Shown here one piece after another: positions 44,976-55,260 of a stretch of DNA of 64,000 bases. Positions within the stretch are counted from its first letter, which is position 1, and each line of letters opens with the position of its first letter. The notes beneath the pieces are model-generated. The model saw only the letters and a program-made list of their open reading frames with translations. It ran no database searches and was not told the origin of the DNA. The position numbers and the translations under genes were made by a program. This DNA is from Sedimentisphaerales bacterium (GTDB taxonomy: Bacteria > Planctomycetota > Phycisphaerae > Sedimentisphaerales > SM23-30), in NCBI GenBank assembly GCA_963663965.2, contig CAXXFK010000040.1, forward strand, positions 1-64,000, given 5' to 3'.

Positions 44976-45566
44976 TTAAATAATTACTTGCCATCTATAG
45001 ACATAAATACCGAATGCTCCAATAATAAATGATGTGAGGGAACCCGGCTCCGGGACAAATTCAACAACACCACAAATAGGGAAATTCGCTCCATCCCAAG
45101 CAATATCCCCATAATTATTCCATCCGCCATTTCGTCCCCAATATGGAGCGCTCATCATTGCCCAGTTTTCCTGACCAAGTAAGTTGGGTTCACCCCACTC
45201 CCAATTGGTATAAGTTATTGGTTCTCCGCTAATCCATATCCAATTACCTGACCGATCTAGGTCGGTAAAACCAAGCCAAATTCCTCGATTTAATCCTCCA
45301 TAATAACCAAAAGTATCGTAAATCCATTGATTCTCAGATGAATTTCTTATTGTTACCAGTTGTCCACCCAAACTCATTGCTTCAGCATTGGATGCTGTCC
45401 AGGTATTACTACTTAGGAGAAAATAAGAATGATTATTCATAGGATTAAGAATTGGTTCGCCAATAATCGAGGCATCGGAATTTCCAATAAATAATAAAAC
45501 CATGATAATTGATATTATCAATATTTCGATTGATATATAGTATTTCATAAATCTCTCCTTCGGCAT
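44976..45566 (-). CDS. C-type lectin domain protein with PEP-CTERM sorting signal
   Basis: NNHSYFL..TWTAS..LGGQLVTI..ENQWI, IWLGFTD, YTNWEWGEPN, WNN; VPEPGSL plus TM. Confidence 0.85.
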   Translation of the reverse strand: MPKERFMKYYISIEILIISIIMVLLFIGNSDASIIGEPILNPMNNHSYFLLSSNTWTASNAEAMSLGGQLVTIRNSSENQWIYDTFGYYGGLNRGIWLGFTDLDRSGNWIWISGEPITYTNWEWGEPNLLGQENWAMMSAPYWGRNGGWNNYGDIAWDGANFPICGVVEFVPEPGSLTSFIIGAFGIYVYRWQVII

Positions 45567-46186
45567 CTCGTTTGATCAATTACATCTTTTCTATAGCTTT
45601 TTCTTAACAATCCGAACATTCCTAAACAAAGTATTGATAAGCTGTTTGGTTCTGGAATACCAATTATGGATATATTATCAATGAACACTTCACTCAAGTC
45701 TGTTATGTCACCTGTTTGAAAAGTAATTACTGATGCATATTTATTAACTTGGATCAACTTATTCCGATAAGTATTATCTGCAATTCTATCATTGTATGGA
45801 AATCGACTATAAACATCATAATATGCTGTATTGCCACCATCAAGAAATATTGAGCCGCTAGAACCCCAGTTATCATATAATTCCATTTCTTTATACGATA
45901 TGCTCTCAATGTAAACTTGTTGAGGGAAAGTAATTGTTAAACTTGTTACATAATTGCCTTAGCTATTATATCGATTTGTTGATCTGCCAAAGCCAAATGA
46001 TTTATTTCCTTCTATGAGAGGTAAATCCTTAATTCCGGGCCAGCTATTAAAGCTACCTACTGTACTGACAGAAATCCTTGGATCCAGTACCCCGTCTTCA
46101 AAATTTTCATAAAGAAGAATTTGAGTAGAATAAGCGTAAGCATTTACTATTAATAATATAGCGTAGATTAGCATAGCATTTTTCAT
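45545..46186 (-). CDS. PEP-CTERM protein (frameshifted near 45960)
   Basis: Signal peptide and YENFEDG in 45959-46186; IDNISIIGIPEPNSLSILCLGMFGLLRK in 45545-45886. Confidence 0.75.
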
Positions 46187-46356
46187 TTTTAAACTCCTTA
46201 AAAATTGGTATTAGCATGAAATTGATACGATGAATTATTTGCAATAATGGTAATGTGTAATTATGAAGATAAATGTAATCTTCTAATACAATGAAAAATA
46301 ATAAATATTGAGATAGGTAGTTATTATTCCATCGTTATCTGTTCCTCCTCTACCCT

Positions 46357-46458
46357 CCCCACTCAAAACCAGATTGTCAAAGACGCTGGTCAGCCGCTGG
46401 GAGGGATTTTGGGAGTATTTCGACCTGTCCCATCAACAAAAAACTCCTGCAAAAGTTT
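46357..46458. repeat. Partial att-like repeat (arm motif and left arm, no tRNA core)
   Basis: CCCCACTCAAAACCAGATTGTCAAAGACGCTGGTCAGCCGCTGGG..CATCAACAAAAAACTCCTGCAAAAGT matches 47704 and 49154. Confidence 0.85.
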
Positions 46459-47270
46459 TTTCTTCTCCCTGCTAAAAATGCACCGAGGGTGAGAAGGGAG
46501 ACAGTAGCGGGTTCGGGGATTGAGGCAATCCCAGATAACGTACCTACATAGCCAGATCCAACAATAGTCTGCACTCCAGATAAGGGATCAAGACGCATAA
46601 GTACATAACTGTAATTTGAGTGATATATATATCCATCTGGAGCCAAGTCGATATCGTCTACATTGAATCCGCCGATAGTAATCTCATTCACAGTAGAGAA
46701 ATCTTTCAGGTCAATGCTGAGAAGTTTTTGGATGAGGGGGGAAGGATATGAATTAGAAAGAACGGCATAAAGAATCCCATCTTGTGAAATATCTATTCCT
46801 TTTACAGCCCAACCGGCCTCGAAATCATATGAAGAAGTAAAAGTTTCTGTATTTAGATCTATGACTCCAAGTGTTAGACCTTGAGATATATTCCGCTCGA
46901 TAACTCCAAATAATGTTCCATCGGACGCAAAAGCCAATGCTCCGAGATCAAGAGGAGTTCCGAATTGAGTAATAGTAGAAATCGGTACGGCAATTCCGGT
47001 TGCTGGATTAATGCGGGTAATAACACCGGGATTATTATACACATCTGTACCGAATAAAAATCCGGACAGTGGATCTGCATCCATATCTATGCAATGTGGT
47101 GCTAATCCGATTGCACCGACAACGTTTTGTTGACCATTTTCGGCATTAATGGTAACCAGGGTATTCGGATTTCCAGAAGAAGTGGTTCCGTACAAAACAA
47201 ATTCAGCATTCGCATCCTCAATAATATTGAAACAAAAAACCGCCAGGCTAAATAATATTATTCTTTTCAT
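46377..47270 (-). CDS. Beta-propeller-like PEP-CTERM protein whose C-terminus reads through into the att-like repeat
   Basis: Signal peptide; repeated DGTLFG/DGILYA/DGYIY; IPEPATVSLLTLGAFLAGRRK followed by about 26 repeat-encoded residues. Confidence 0.8.
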   Translation of the reverse strand: MKRIILFSLAVFCFNIIEDANAEFVLYGTTSSGNPNTLVTINAENGQQNVVGAIGLAPHCIDMDADPLSGFLFGTDVYNNPGVITRINPATGIAVPISTITQFGTPLDLGALAFASDGTLFGVIERNISQGLTLGVIDLNTETFTSSYDFEAGWAVKGIDISQDGILYAVLSNSYPSPLIQKLLSIDLKDFSTVNEITIGGFNVDDIDLAPDGYIYHSNYSYVLMRLDPLSGVQTIVGSGYVGTLSGIASIPEPATVSLLTLGAFLAGRRKNFCRSFLLMGQVEILPKSLPAADQRL

Positions 47271-47703
47271 CTTTCAAGTCTCCAATACTCAAACAGGTTA
47301 ACACTTCATAGACTCAATTTCTCGACATTCACAATTTTTTCTTTCTCACCGCCAAAATGGCTCCGAGGGCTAGAAGGGAGATCGAGTCATAGATATATTT
47401 ATTAAGACATTTACACGCTACTCTCCCATTTATCTATAATCACTTTTCACTTTTGCACTGATACTGTAACTACCAACGAATCTGATATTTATAATATGCT
47501 AACACAGAGAACACTTTCCAGCACTACAACAAATAATTTAATGTTAACTATTATTTTTTTCTTACCCAATACTATTTGGCAGGGCCAACTGACTATAAAC
47601 TTATATCATTTTCTACGCTGAATGGAAAAATACCCTATTTTCTGGCACTTAATTTAGACAACAATTATCAGTCACTCATTCCCCACTCAACTCTCTACTC
47701 CCG

Positions 47704-47880
47704 CCCCACTCAGAACCAGAATGTCAAAGACGCTGGTCAGCCGCTGGGAATGATTTTGGATGTATATCGACCTGACCCATAATCAAAAAAACTTCTGCAA
47801 AAGACTATTTTACAAGAGTTTAAAAAACTAGCGGCGGCCGGAATTGATCCGGCGACCTGCGGATGATATGAACACCTGGC
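47704..47880. repeat. att-like repeat unit with tRNA(CAT) 3'-half remnant at 47829-47872 on the minus strand
   Basis: Arm motif plus ACAAGAGTTTAAAAAAC-TAGCGGCGGCCGGAATTGATCCGGCGACCTGCGGATGATATGAA-CACCTGG. Confidence 0.88.
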
Positions 47881-47961
47881 ACGCTAAAATCGCTAAGGAT
47901 ATATGATTGATAAGGCCCTTACAATAACCATCCATTAAAAATACCCAACTTTTACCATAAA

Positions 47962-48043
47962 TCTATAAATTTATAGAACTTTTTCTATTTTTGTCTATAT
48001 TAATATTGACTATATATCCGATATGGACTATAAATATATAGAC
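47962..48043. promoter_or_regulatory. Three related palindromes upstream of mobile mystery protein A (probable operators)
   Basis: TCTATAAATTTATAGA (47962-47977), GTCTATATTAATATTGAC (47993-48010), ACTATAAATATATAGAC (48027-48043). Confidence 0.6.
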
Positions 48044-48067
48044 ATACACTTAAAATCAGGTAATTCC

Positions 48068-48532
48068 ATGAAAGCCAGACATAAGTTGTTAGCTAGAGAG
48101 CAATTGGATAAAACACTGACACAATTCCGCCCACTCAAAGAAATAGTCCCCCCACGGAAAGGATGGGTTCGTGCGATCAGGGATGCCCTTGGCATGACCG
48201 GCGAACAACTGGCCAAACGGTTAGGTGTTAACAAACAGCGGGTCAGCCGTATTGAGCAGGATGAGAAACTGGGGAACATCACCATCAAGACACTGATAAA
48301 TGTAGCCAGGGCTTTAGATTGTCATTTTGTTTATGGGTTCGTTCCCAATCTGACTCTTGAAAAAACGGTTGAAAACCAGGCCGGAACGATTGCCCGGAAA
48401 CGGCTGTCCCGAAGTGACCAGATGATGAGACTGGAGCAGCAGGAACTATCGGAATCCGAGAAAGAAAAAGTACTGGAAAAAATGATAACTGAAATGATTT
48501 ACGAAATGCCAAAGTCCCTGTGGAGTGAATAA
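48068..48532 (+). CDS. Mobile mystery protein A (XRE-type HTH)
   Basis: PPRKGWVRAIRDALGMTGEQLAKRLGV, ARALDCHFVYGFVP, MRLEQQ, PKSLW. Confidence 0.92.
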   Translation: MKARHKLLAREQLDKTLTQFRPLKEIVPPRKGWVRAIRDALGMTGEQLAKRLGVNKQRVSRIEQDEKLGNITIKTLINVARALDCHFVYGFVPNLTLEKTVENQAGTIARKRLSRSDQMMRLEQQELSESEKEKVLEKMITEMIYEMPKSLWSE

Positions 48533-49124
48533 TGATGGCATGCAATGATCCTGAAGGAGCAACACCTCTTGACCCGGATGAGATGGAAGGTTTGATTCCC
48601 ACTCATATCACTCGCAGGGATGAACTGGACCGCTGGGAGCAGGAGAATATCAATGAAGCGCTGGCATGGATTGAAGAACGCAAACCGAAAGAGATTTTAA
48701 ATGAGCGTTTCGTGAAACAGCTTCATAAGCGGATGTTTTGCCATGTGTGGCAGTGGGCGGGAACTTTTAGAAAAAGTGATAAAAATATTGGTGTGTCATG
48801 GCATTACATTTCTGTTGAACTGAAAAAATTGTGTGATGATGCAGAATACTGGATCGAGAACCAGACGTTTTCTGAAGTAGAAATAGCCGCTCGTTTTCAT
48901 CATAACATAAACTGGTATCCATTCACCTGTTTCCCAATGGCAATGGCAGGCACGCCCGATTAATGGCTGATATTCTCTTGGAACATGTTTTCGGAAAGCC
49001 GTCATTTACCTGGGGGAGTGCCGATTTGATTAAGACCGGAGAGGATAGGAAGCAGTATATCAATGCGCTCAAAGCGGCTGATAAGGATGATTATGAGCTT
49101 CTGTTAAAGTTTGTCAGATCATAA
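48532..49124 (+). CDS. Mobile mystery protein B (Fic domain), frameshift near 48905
   Basis: PEGATPLDPDE, ELDRWEQENI, LHKRMF..VWQWAGTFR; the shifted frame gives LVSIHLFPNGNGRHARLMAD..FTWG..LLKFVRS*. Confidence 0.9.
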
Positions 49125-49153
49125 ATTCTACTGAAGTCTTGATTTATCCCCCT

Positions 49154-49500
49154 CCCCACTAAAAACCAGAATGTCAAAGACGCTGGTCAACCGCAGGACG
49201 ACATTTCAGAGCAATTTCAACCAGCCTCATCAACAAAAAACTCCTGCAAAAGTCCATTTCACAAGAGTTTAAAAAACTAGCGGCGGCCGGAATTGAACCG
49301 GCGATCTGCGGGCTATGAATGCCTGGCTGGCAAAAACCAAATTCCAGAACTCCTTATATAACAGTAATATAGTTGCACAGTTTTTGTCGAATTTTATCAA
49401 TTCTACAGAAATCAGACACGCTCCCCACTGACACTGAACGCCCTCCCCAATCAGAACCAGAATATCAAAAACGCTGGTGAGCCACTGGAAAATGGTTGGT
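49154..49500. repeat. Best-preserved att-like unit: arm motif, left arm, tRNA(CAT) 3' half (49278-49320, minus strand), right arm, second arm motif (49445)
   Basis: Minus-strand core ATTCATAGCCCGCAGATCGCCGGTTCAATTCCGGCCGCCGCTA has a CAT anticodon loop, T-arm GCCGG-TTCAATT-CCGGC and acceptor 3' strand; there is no 5' half. Confidence 0.9.
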
Positions 49501-49509
49501 ATCCAATGG

Positions 49510-49785
49510 TTTGAAGGTCACCGGCAACAAACGGCTGACCAAAGCCCTGCTGGATCGATTGACGCATCGGGTGCATATTCTCGAAGCTAATGCTGAAAGT
49601 AACCGGCCTCAGGAAACCAAACGGCTGCAGAAGCAGACCAGGGCCCAAGCCGGCGACAAGCAAGGCCCGCTAACTCGCGTCTTCCCTCGGGGAGGCATCT
49701 CTGGGAACTTGAATACAAAATGACACCTGTACGTACGGGATAAATCTACCATTCAGGTGCCGCACTTTTACGCCGGCGTTCGCAT
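49510..49785 (+). mobile_element. Remnant 3' end of a second IS21-family element (istB tail)
   Basis: GNKRLTKALLDRLTHRVHILEANAES.R matches the IstB C-terminal motif. Confidence 0.75.
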
Positions 49786-49982
49786 CAAGAGATTGGTCGT
49801 CGATGGATACCTCGGCATTACCACAATTCATCAAACATAAGTAAAGAAATAATATTGAATTAATTTCATATAAGTTTGATCCAATCTGTTCAAGTAGAAA
49901 TTGAAATAAAAATAGAAATAAATTGCTTTGTTGTTATAATAGGGCGACATTCTGGTAATGAATTAATTTTATTGGCCTGAAA

Positions 49983-50922
49983 ATGAAAAAGCTTTTATTA
50001 GTCTTGTTAAGCTGGATTGACGTTGATGCCAGACCACTGGAAACACGAATTGACAAGCTTGATGTCATTGACTGGCTGCCGGCACTTCCATTCTTTGCAA
50101 TTTTTATTGTCTGTTTTGGCGCTATTTGGACAGGTTGGAGTTGGATTTCAGTTGGAACAGGTCTTGTGTTGTATTTCTTGAGAATGTTCGGTTTGACCGC
50201 TGGTTACCATCGTTATTTTTCCCATCGCAGCTTTGAGACATCAAGATCTTTTCAGTTCATCCTTGCTGTTTTGGGAAATGCCTCTGCGCAACGAGGACCG
50301 CTTTGGTGGGCCGCCCATCATCGACACCATCATCGTTTCGCTGATCAGGCAGAAGATGAACATTCTCCAGGCCAGCAAGGTTTTTGGGTCAGCCACATTT
50401 TGTGGTTTCTGAAGCGGCGAAACTATCCCACTCGCAAAGATTTTGTTAAAGGCTGGTTAAAATATCCAGAACTAGTTTTTCTAAATCGGTATGCTTCAAT
50501 TGTGCCCATGGTAATGATCATCATTCTATATGGTATCGGCGAATATCTTCGTCATGATTTCCCCCCAATTCAATACAACTGGTTTTCAGATGGTCATGTG
50601 GGGATTTTGCATTCCAACAGTTGTTCTATTTAATATCACCGCGACGATCAATTCGCTGGATCATATGTTTGGATCTCAACGGTATAACACAGGTGATCAA
50701 AGCAGGAATAACTGGATATTAGCTATTCTTTCGATGGGAGAAGGTTGGCATAATAATCACCACTATTATCCGATCTCTGCCAGAAACGGATTCTTCTGGT
50801 GGGAAATTGACATGACCTATTATATTCTAAAACTTCTGGAGCAATTCAACGTGGTGTGGAATCTACAGTTAATACCGGAAAAAAAACTCAAAGAGAGATT
50901 GATTTCAACGCAATCCGGCTAA
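49983..50922 (+). CDS. Membrane fatty acid desaturase (delta-9 acyl-CoA type), frameshift near 50565
   Basis: His boxes GYHRYFSHRSF, WAAHHRHHH and GEGWHNNHH; INSLDH; WWEIDMTY. Confidence 0.9.
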
Positions 50923-50932
50923 AAATGGAGTA

Positions 50933-52183
50933 ATGATTGTGAAAATTGGTATCATAGGATCGGGGATTTCGGGACTGACCGCGGCTTATGTGCTTAATCC
51001 CGACCATGAAATCGCCGTTTTTGAAAAAGATGACAGAATTGGCGGACATACCAATACGGTTCATGTAAAACTTTCAGATTCAATATACGCCATCGATACC
51101 GGTTTTATTGTATTCAACGAAAAAACATATCCGAATTTTATTAAGCTGATCAAAAAGCTTGATGTCTCCTGGCAAAAAAGTGATATGAGTTTTAGCGTCA
51201 GCGCTCCTGACGTGGGCATTGAATACTCGTCAAAGTCGCTAGGAACATTATTTGCCCGCAGACGCAACATTTGGAATGCTTCCTTTTGGTGGATGCTCAT
51301 TGAAATCCTTCGGTTTCGAAAAATTTCTCAAGCATCGTTGCATAAGTATTATTCAACCTCATTAGATACCTACTTGCAGCAACAAGGATACAGCCGATAT
51401 TTCAGAGACTATTTTTTGTATCCAATGGGTGCCTCTATCTGGTCAGCAGAACCGGAGCGCTTTGGACAAATTCCACTGGGTTTCTTTTTTCGTTTCTTTG
51501 CGAATCACGGCCTATTAACGCTGACCAATCAGCCACAATGGCTTACAATTCAGGGCGGTTCGCAGTCGTATGTCAAGGCGCTTACAGCAGGATTCAAGGA
51601 CCGGATTTATGTTAATACTTCGATTGAATCCATCCGGCGAGATACCAATGCCGTGATTATCAAAACCCGGCAAGGCAAGGAATATTCATTTGACCATATT
51701 ATTGTTGCCACACACAGTGACCAGGCCCTGAGGATGCTAAAAAGTCCTTCTCCAGCTGAACAGTTGATTCTTTCGGCAATCCCTTATCGAAGGAATCGGG
51801 TGGTGCTCCATTCAGATATTAGCCTGCTGCCTGAAAAGAGAAAGGTCTGGGCCAGCTGGAATTACCAGGCGCCACAAAAAACAAGCCGGCAACTGGCATT
51901 GACCTACTGGATGAATTCGCTACAGGCAATTGATTCAAATGTACAATTTTGCGTGACCCTAAATCGACAGGATCGCATCGATCCGGATACTATTTTTTAC
52001 ACGACCGATTACGAACACCCGGTTTATCACATTGATTCTGTTGACGCTCAACAGCGGCATCATGAGATCAGCGGTACGGACCGGATTCATTATTGCGGTG
52101 CCTACTGGGGCAATGGCTTTCATGAGGATGGAGTTAACAGTGCCTTGGTTGTATGTCGCCATTTTGGAAAAGGGCTGGACTGA
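50933..52183 (+). CDS. FAD-dependent oxidoreductase (UfaD/RSP1091-like, amine oxidase fold)
   Basis: GSGISGL, RIGGHTNT, DTGFIVFN..TYPNF, ATHSDQAL, WASWNY, YCGAYWGNGFHEDG. Confidence 0.9.
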   Translation: MIVKIGIIGSGISGLTAAYVLNPDHEIAVFEKDDRIGGHTNTVHVKLSDSIYAIDTGFIVFNEKTYPNFIKLIKKLDVSWQKSDMSFSVSAPDVGIEYSSKSLGTLFARRRNIWNASFWWMLIEILRFRKISQASLHKYYSTSLDTYLQQQGYSRYFRDYFLYPMGASIWSAEPERFGQIPLGFFFRFFANHGLLTLTNQPQWLTIQGGSQSYVKALTAGFKDRIYVNTSIESIRRDTNAVIIKTRQGKEYSFDHIIVATHSDQALRMLKSPSPAEQLILSAIPYRRNRVVLHSDISLLPEKRKVWASWNYQAPQKTSRQLALTYWMNSLQAIDSNVQFCVTLNRQDRIDPDTIFYTTDYEHPVYHIDSVDAQQRHHEISGTDRIHYCGAYWGNGFHEDGVNSALVVCRHFGKGLD

Positions 52184-52950
52184 TGCAGAGCGCTATTTAC
52201 GAAGGAACCATTAAACATCGACGACATGTTCCTGTTAAAAACAGCTTTTGCTATCGGCTATTTATGCTATATATTGATCTGAACGAGCTCGACGAAGTTT
52301 TTACTTCGAATAATCTTTGGTCTGTTGAAAAGAGAAATGTTGCTGTTTTCAAAAGGTCTGACCACCTTGGCGAACAGAATGTGCCATTGGCTGATTCAGT
52401 GCGTCAATTGGTTCAAGAAAAATCCGGCTTGACACTCAATGGACCAGTTCGAATACTGACCCACCTGCGTTATTTTGGATATTGCTTTAATCCTGTATCT
52501 TTCTACTATTGCTATGATTTTAAGGGGGAACATATCGAGGCTATTGTTCTGGAAGTACACAACATTCCCTGGCTTCAGGAGCATTGTTACGTCTTGACCG
52601 GGAATCTAAATAAAGACTCAGATGAATGGAAGCATTATAAATTTAACAAAGAGTTTCATGTCTCACCGTTTATGGACATGGATTTTATGTATGCGGCGCG
52701 CTTTCTAACGCCGGGGCCTCATCTACGAGCACATTTGCAAAATATCAAGAGCGGGAAAAAGTATTTTGATGCGACATTGAATTTATCCCGCATAGAGATA
52801 TCCAGCCCAAGATTAACAAGACTATTGCTGCGCTATCCGATGATGACAGCTCAGGTGGCGCTCAAAATCCACTGGCAGGCGCTGAAATTAAAAATAAAAG
52901 GGAGCTCAGTATTATCCCATTCAGAGCATAAAAACGAAAGATTGAGTTGA
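52183..52950 (+). CDS. DUF1365 family protein (UfaO/RSP1090-like)
   Basis: TGATG coupling; IYEGTIKHRR, LTHLRYFGYCFNPVSFYYC, EVHNIPW, KEFHVSPFM, IHWQALKL. Confidence 0.9.
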   Translation: MQSAIYEGTIKHRRHVPVKNSFCYRLFMLYIDLNELDEVFTSNNLWSVEKRNVAVFKRSDHLGEQNVPLADSVRQLVQEKSGLTLNGPVRILTHLRYFGYCFNPVSFYYCYDFKGEHIEAIVLEVHNIPWLQEHCYVLTGNLNKDSDEWKHYKFNKEFHVSPFMDMDFMYAARFLTPGPHLRAHLQNIKSGKKYFDATLNLSRIEISSPRLTRLLLRYPMMTAQVALKIHWQALKLKIKGSSVLSHSEHKNERLS

Positions 52951-54277
52951 TGGTTGAAAACATTGTTCCCAAAACCGGACTATTTGATCTTAAATGCCCG
53001 CCGGGGCGTTTTGATAACTGGACTAAAAAGAAGTTGTTTGAACATTTGTCTGCTATTCAATCTGGCCGATTGACCCATTACAGGAGTCAGGGCAGACATA
53101 TAATTTTGGCCAGGTGAAGTCCCCGGAAGATCTAGATGTCGCAATAACCGTACACCACAGCCGATTTTACTCAGCAACCGTCTTGGGTGGCGCCATTGGC
53201 TTCGCCCAAGCCTATATGCTGGGCTTGTGGAATTGTAATCAACTGACGAATCTGATTCGTCTTTTTGCAAGAAACGCTTCTTCGCTTGATGGCGTCGAAG
53301 GTCTCCTGACATGGTTGAGGCGATTTCGCGAAAAAGTGTTTCATCGACTCCATGCTAACTCGCCAATCGGCAGCCGCAAAAATATACAAGCTCATTATGA
53401 CTTGGGTAACAGTTTTTATGAGCTTTGGCTTGATCCCACAATGACTTATTCATCCGGGCGTTTTCCTTTCCGATACAATCTCACTCCAACAAGCACAACT
53501 GGCTAAATATGAACGTCTGTGCCGGAAGTTGTCTTTAAGCCCTGATGACCATGTACTTGAGATCGGTACTGGTTGGGGAGGAATTCGCAGAATATGCGGT
53601 CACCAACTACGGCTGCAAGGTCACAACACGACAACAATTAGCGAGGAACAATATGCTTATGCAAAAAAAACGTTTTGCCAAAGCGGGATTAACCCAACAA
53701 GTAACCTTATTACAGCAAGATTACAGAGAATTGACCGGCCAATTTGACAAACTTGTTTCGATTGAAATGATCGAAGCGGTCGGACATCGGTATATCGATA
53801 CATTTTTTCGGTGTTGCAATCGATTATTGAAAAAAGAGGGCATGATGGCGCTGCAGGCGATAACCATTGCAGACCAGAAATTTAAACGTTATATTCAACA
53901 AGTCGATTTCATCCAGCGCTATATTTTCCCCGGCGGTTGTCTAACCTCGTTGACTCACATGTGCGACAGTTTAACGCGCCTGTACCGAGTTGAGATTGTT
54001 TGACCTTGAAGATCTGACAGCCTGTTATGTTACGACTTTATATCACTGGCAACAAAATTTTAGCAAGCATCTGGAATCGGTTCGCTCCTTCGGTTTTAAT
54101 GAATGTTTTATTCGCATGTGGATCTATTATCTTTCCTACTGTCAAGCTGGCTTTGCTGAACGAAATATCGGCCTGGTACAAATGGTGTTAACTAAAAAGC
54201 AGGTGTTTCCCTGGATTGATGTCATCGCTTTTGAAATAAATAATGTCCGACAAACCATTCATTACCCTTGGCGGTAA
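52950..54277 (+). CDS. cfa: Cyclopropane-fatty-acyl-phospholipid synthase-family methyltransferase (multiple frameshifts)
   Basis: GSRKNIQAHYDLGN, LDPTMTYSS, VLEIGTGWG, FDKLVSIEMIEAVG, DFIQRYIFPGG, RMWIYYLSYCQAGF. Confidence 0.85.
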
Positions 54278-55260
54278 CCAAACAGTTCTGCGCAAGCCAT
54301 GAAAAAGACTCGCCATCGTTGAAACCAGCGATTGGCCTGCTCTGCTGAACCATAGGTGGATTTGAAAATATCAATAATCGCCAGTCGATGGATGTCCATG
54401 TTTTTTAGCCATGCTTCACAGGTTTTTCTGGTAATGCGCACCGCATATCCTCCAGTGATTTTCGATAACCAGATCGTCTTGAAAATGAAAAAATAAATCA
54501 TCCGATGGCATAATCCCTCCGGTAAAAAAGTATTTACTCATCCAGTTCTCATCACCCTCTGTTTCATACAAATAACTGTATTCACGATGACAGAAAATAT
54601 GAACAAACACCCTTCCATCAGATTTCAGCCAGGCAGCAAATATTTTTCAATAATTGCTGATAATTGTGCATGTGTTCAAACATCTCCACGGACACAATTC
54701 GATCAAACTGTTCGGATGTTTCGAATACATTTATATCCTTCGTGATGACTTCAATATTTGTAATATTCTTTTCGCGGCAACGTTTCTCAATAAACTCGCG
54801 CTGCAAGTTGGAATTGGAAACCGATGTAATATGACCGTTGGGGTAAGATTCCGCCATCCATATTGACAGACTGCCCCATCCCACAACCCAGCTCCAATAT
54901 CTTCATGCCATCCTTTAAACCCGCCCGCTGGGATGTAATCGACAGGGCTCTGACTTCAGCTTGATCAAGGTTTTCAACATCGTCCCCCCAGAGGCAACAA
55001 CTGTACTTTAAATGAGACCCCATTACTAATTTAAAAAATCCGGGCGGCAATTCATAGTGTTGCTGATTGGCAGTATCGGTTTCGATGGCGATTGGCTGGG
55101 TTGTTAAGAAATCGAACAGTTGCTTTTTTCTTTTCAGCCGTTCTGCAACATTGCCTTGCATTTCACGCTGCAGCGTTTGTTTATTCAAATGTCGAATCCC
55201 TACGCGGATAAGCGCATCCGGCAGGAGTCTGCGTTCCATTAAGTCAATCAGTAAATTCAT
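54262..55260 (-). CDS. Second cfa-like class I SAM methyltransferase (frameshifted)
   Basis: LPDALIRVGIR, ANQQHYELP, LKYSCCLW, LELGCGWGSLS, FDRIVSVEMFEH, FVHIFCH, YFFTGGIMPS, RWRVFFMACAELFGY. Confidence 0.85.

Noticed and set aside
49278..49320. Functional tRNA-Met gene (also 32869 and 47829)
   Set aside because: Only the anticodon loop to acceptor 3' strand is present; no D-arm or 5' acceptor strand, and the copies are mutated
46357..49500. CRISPR array or integron attC sites
   Set aside because: Repeats are long, irregularly spaced by whole genes and lack the attC RYYYAAC..GTTRRRY structure; no cas or intI gene is present
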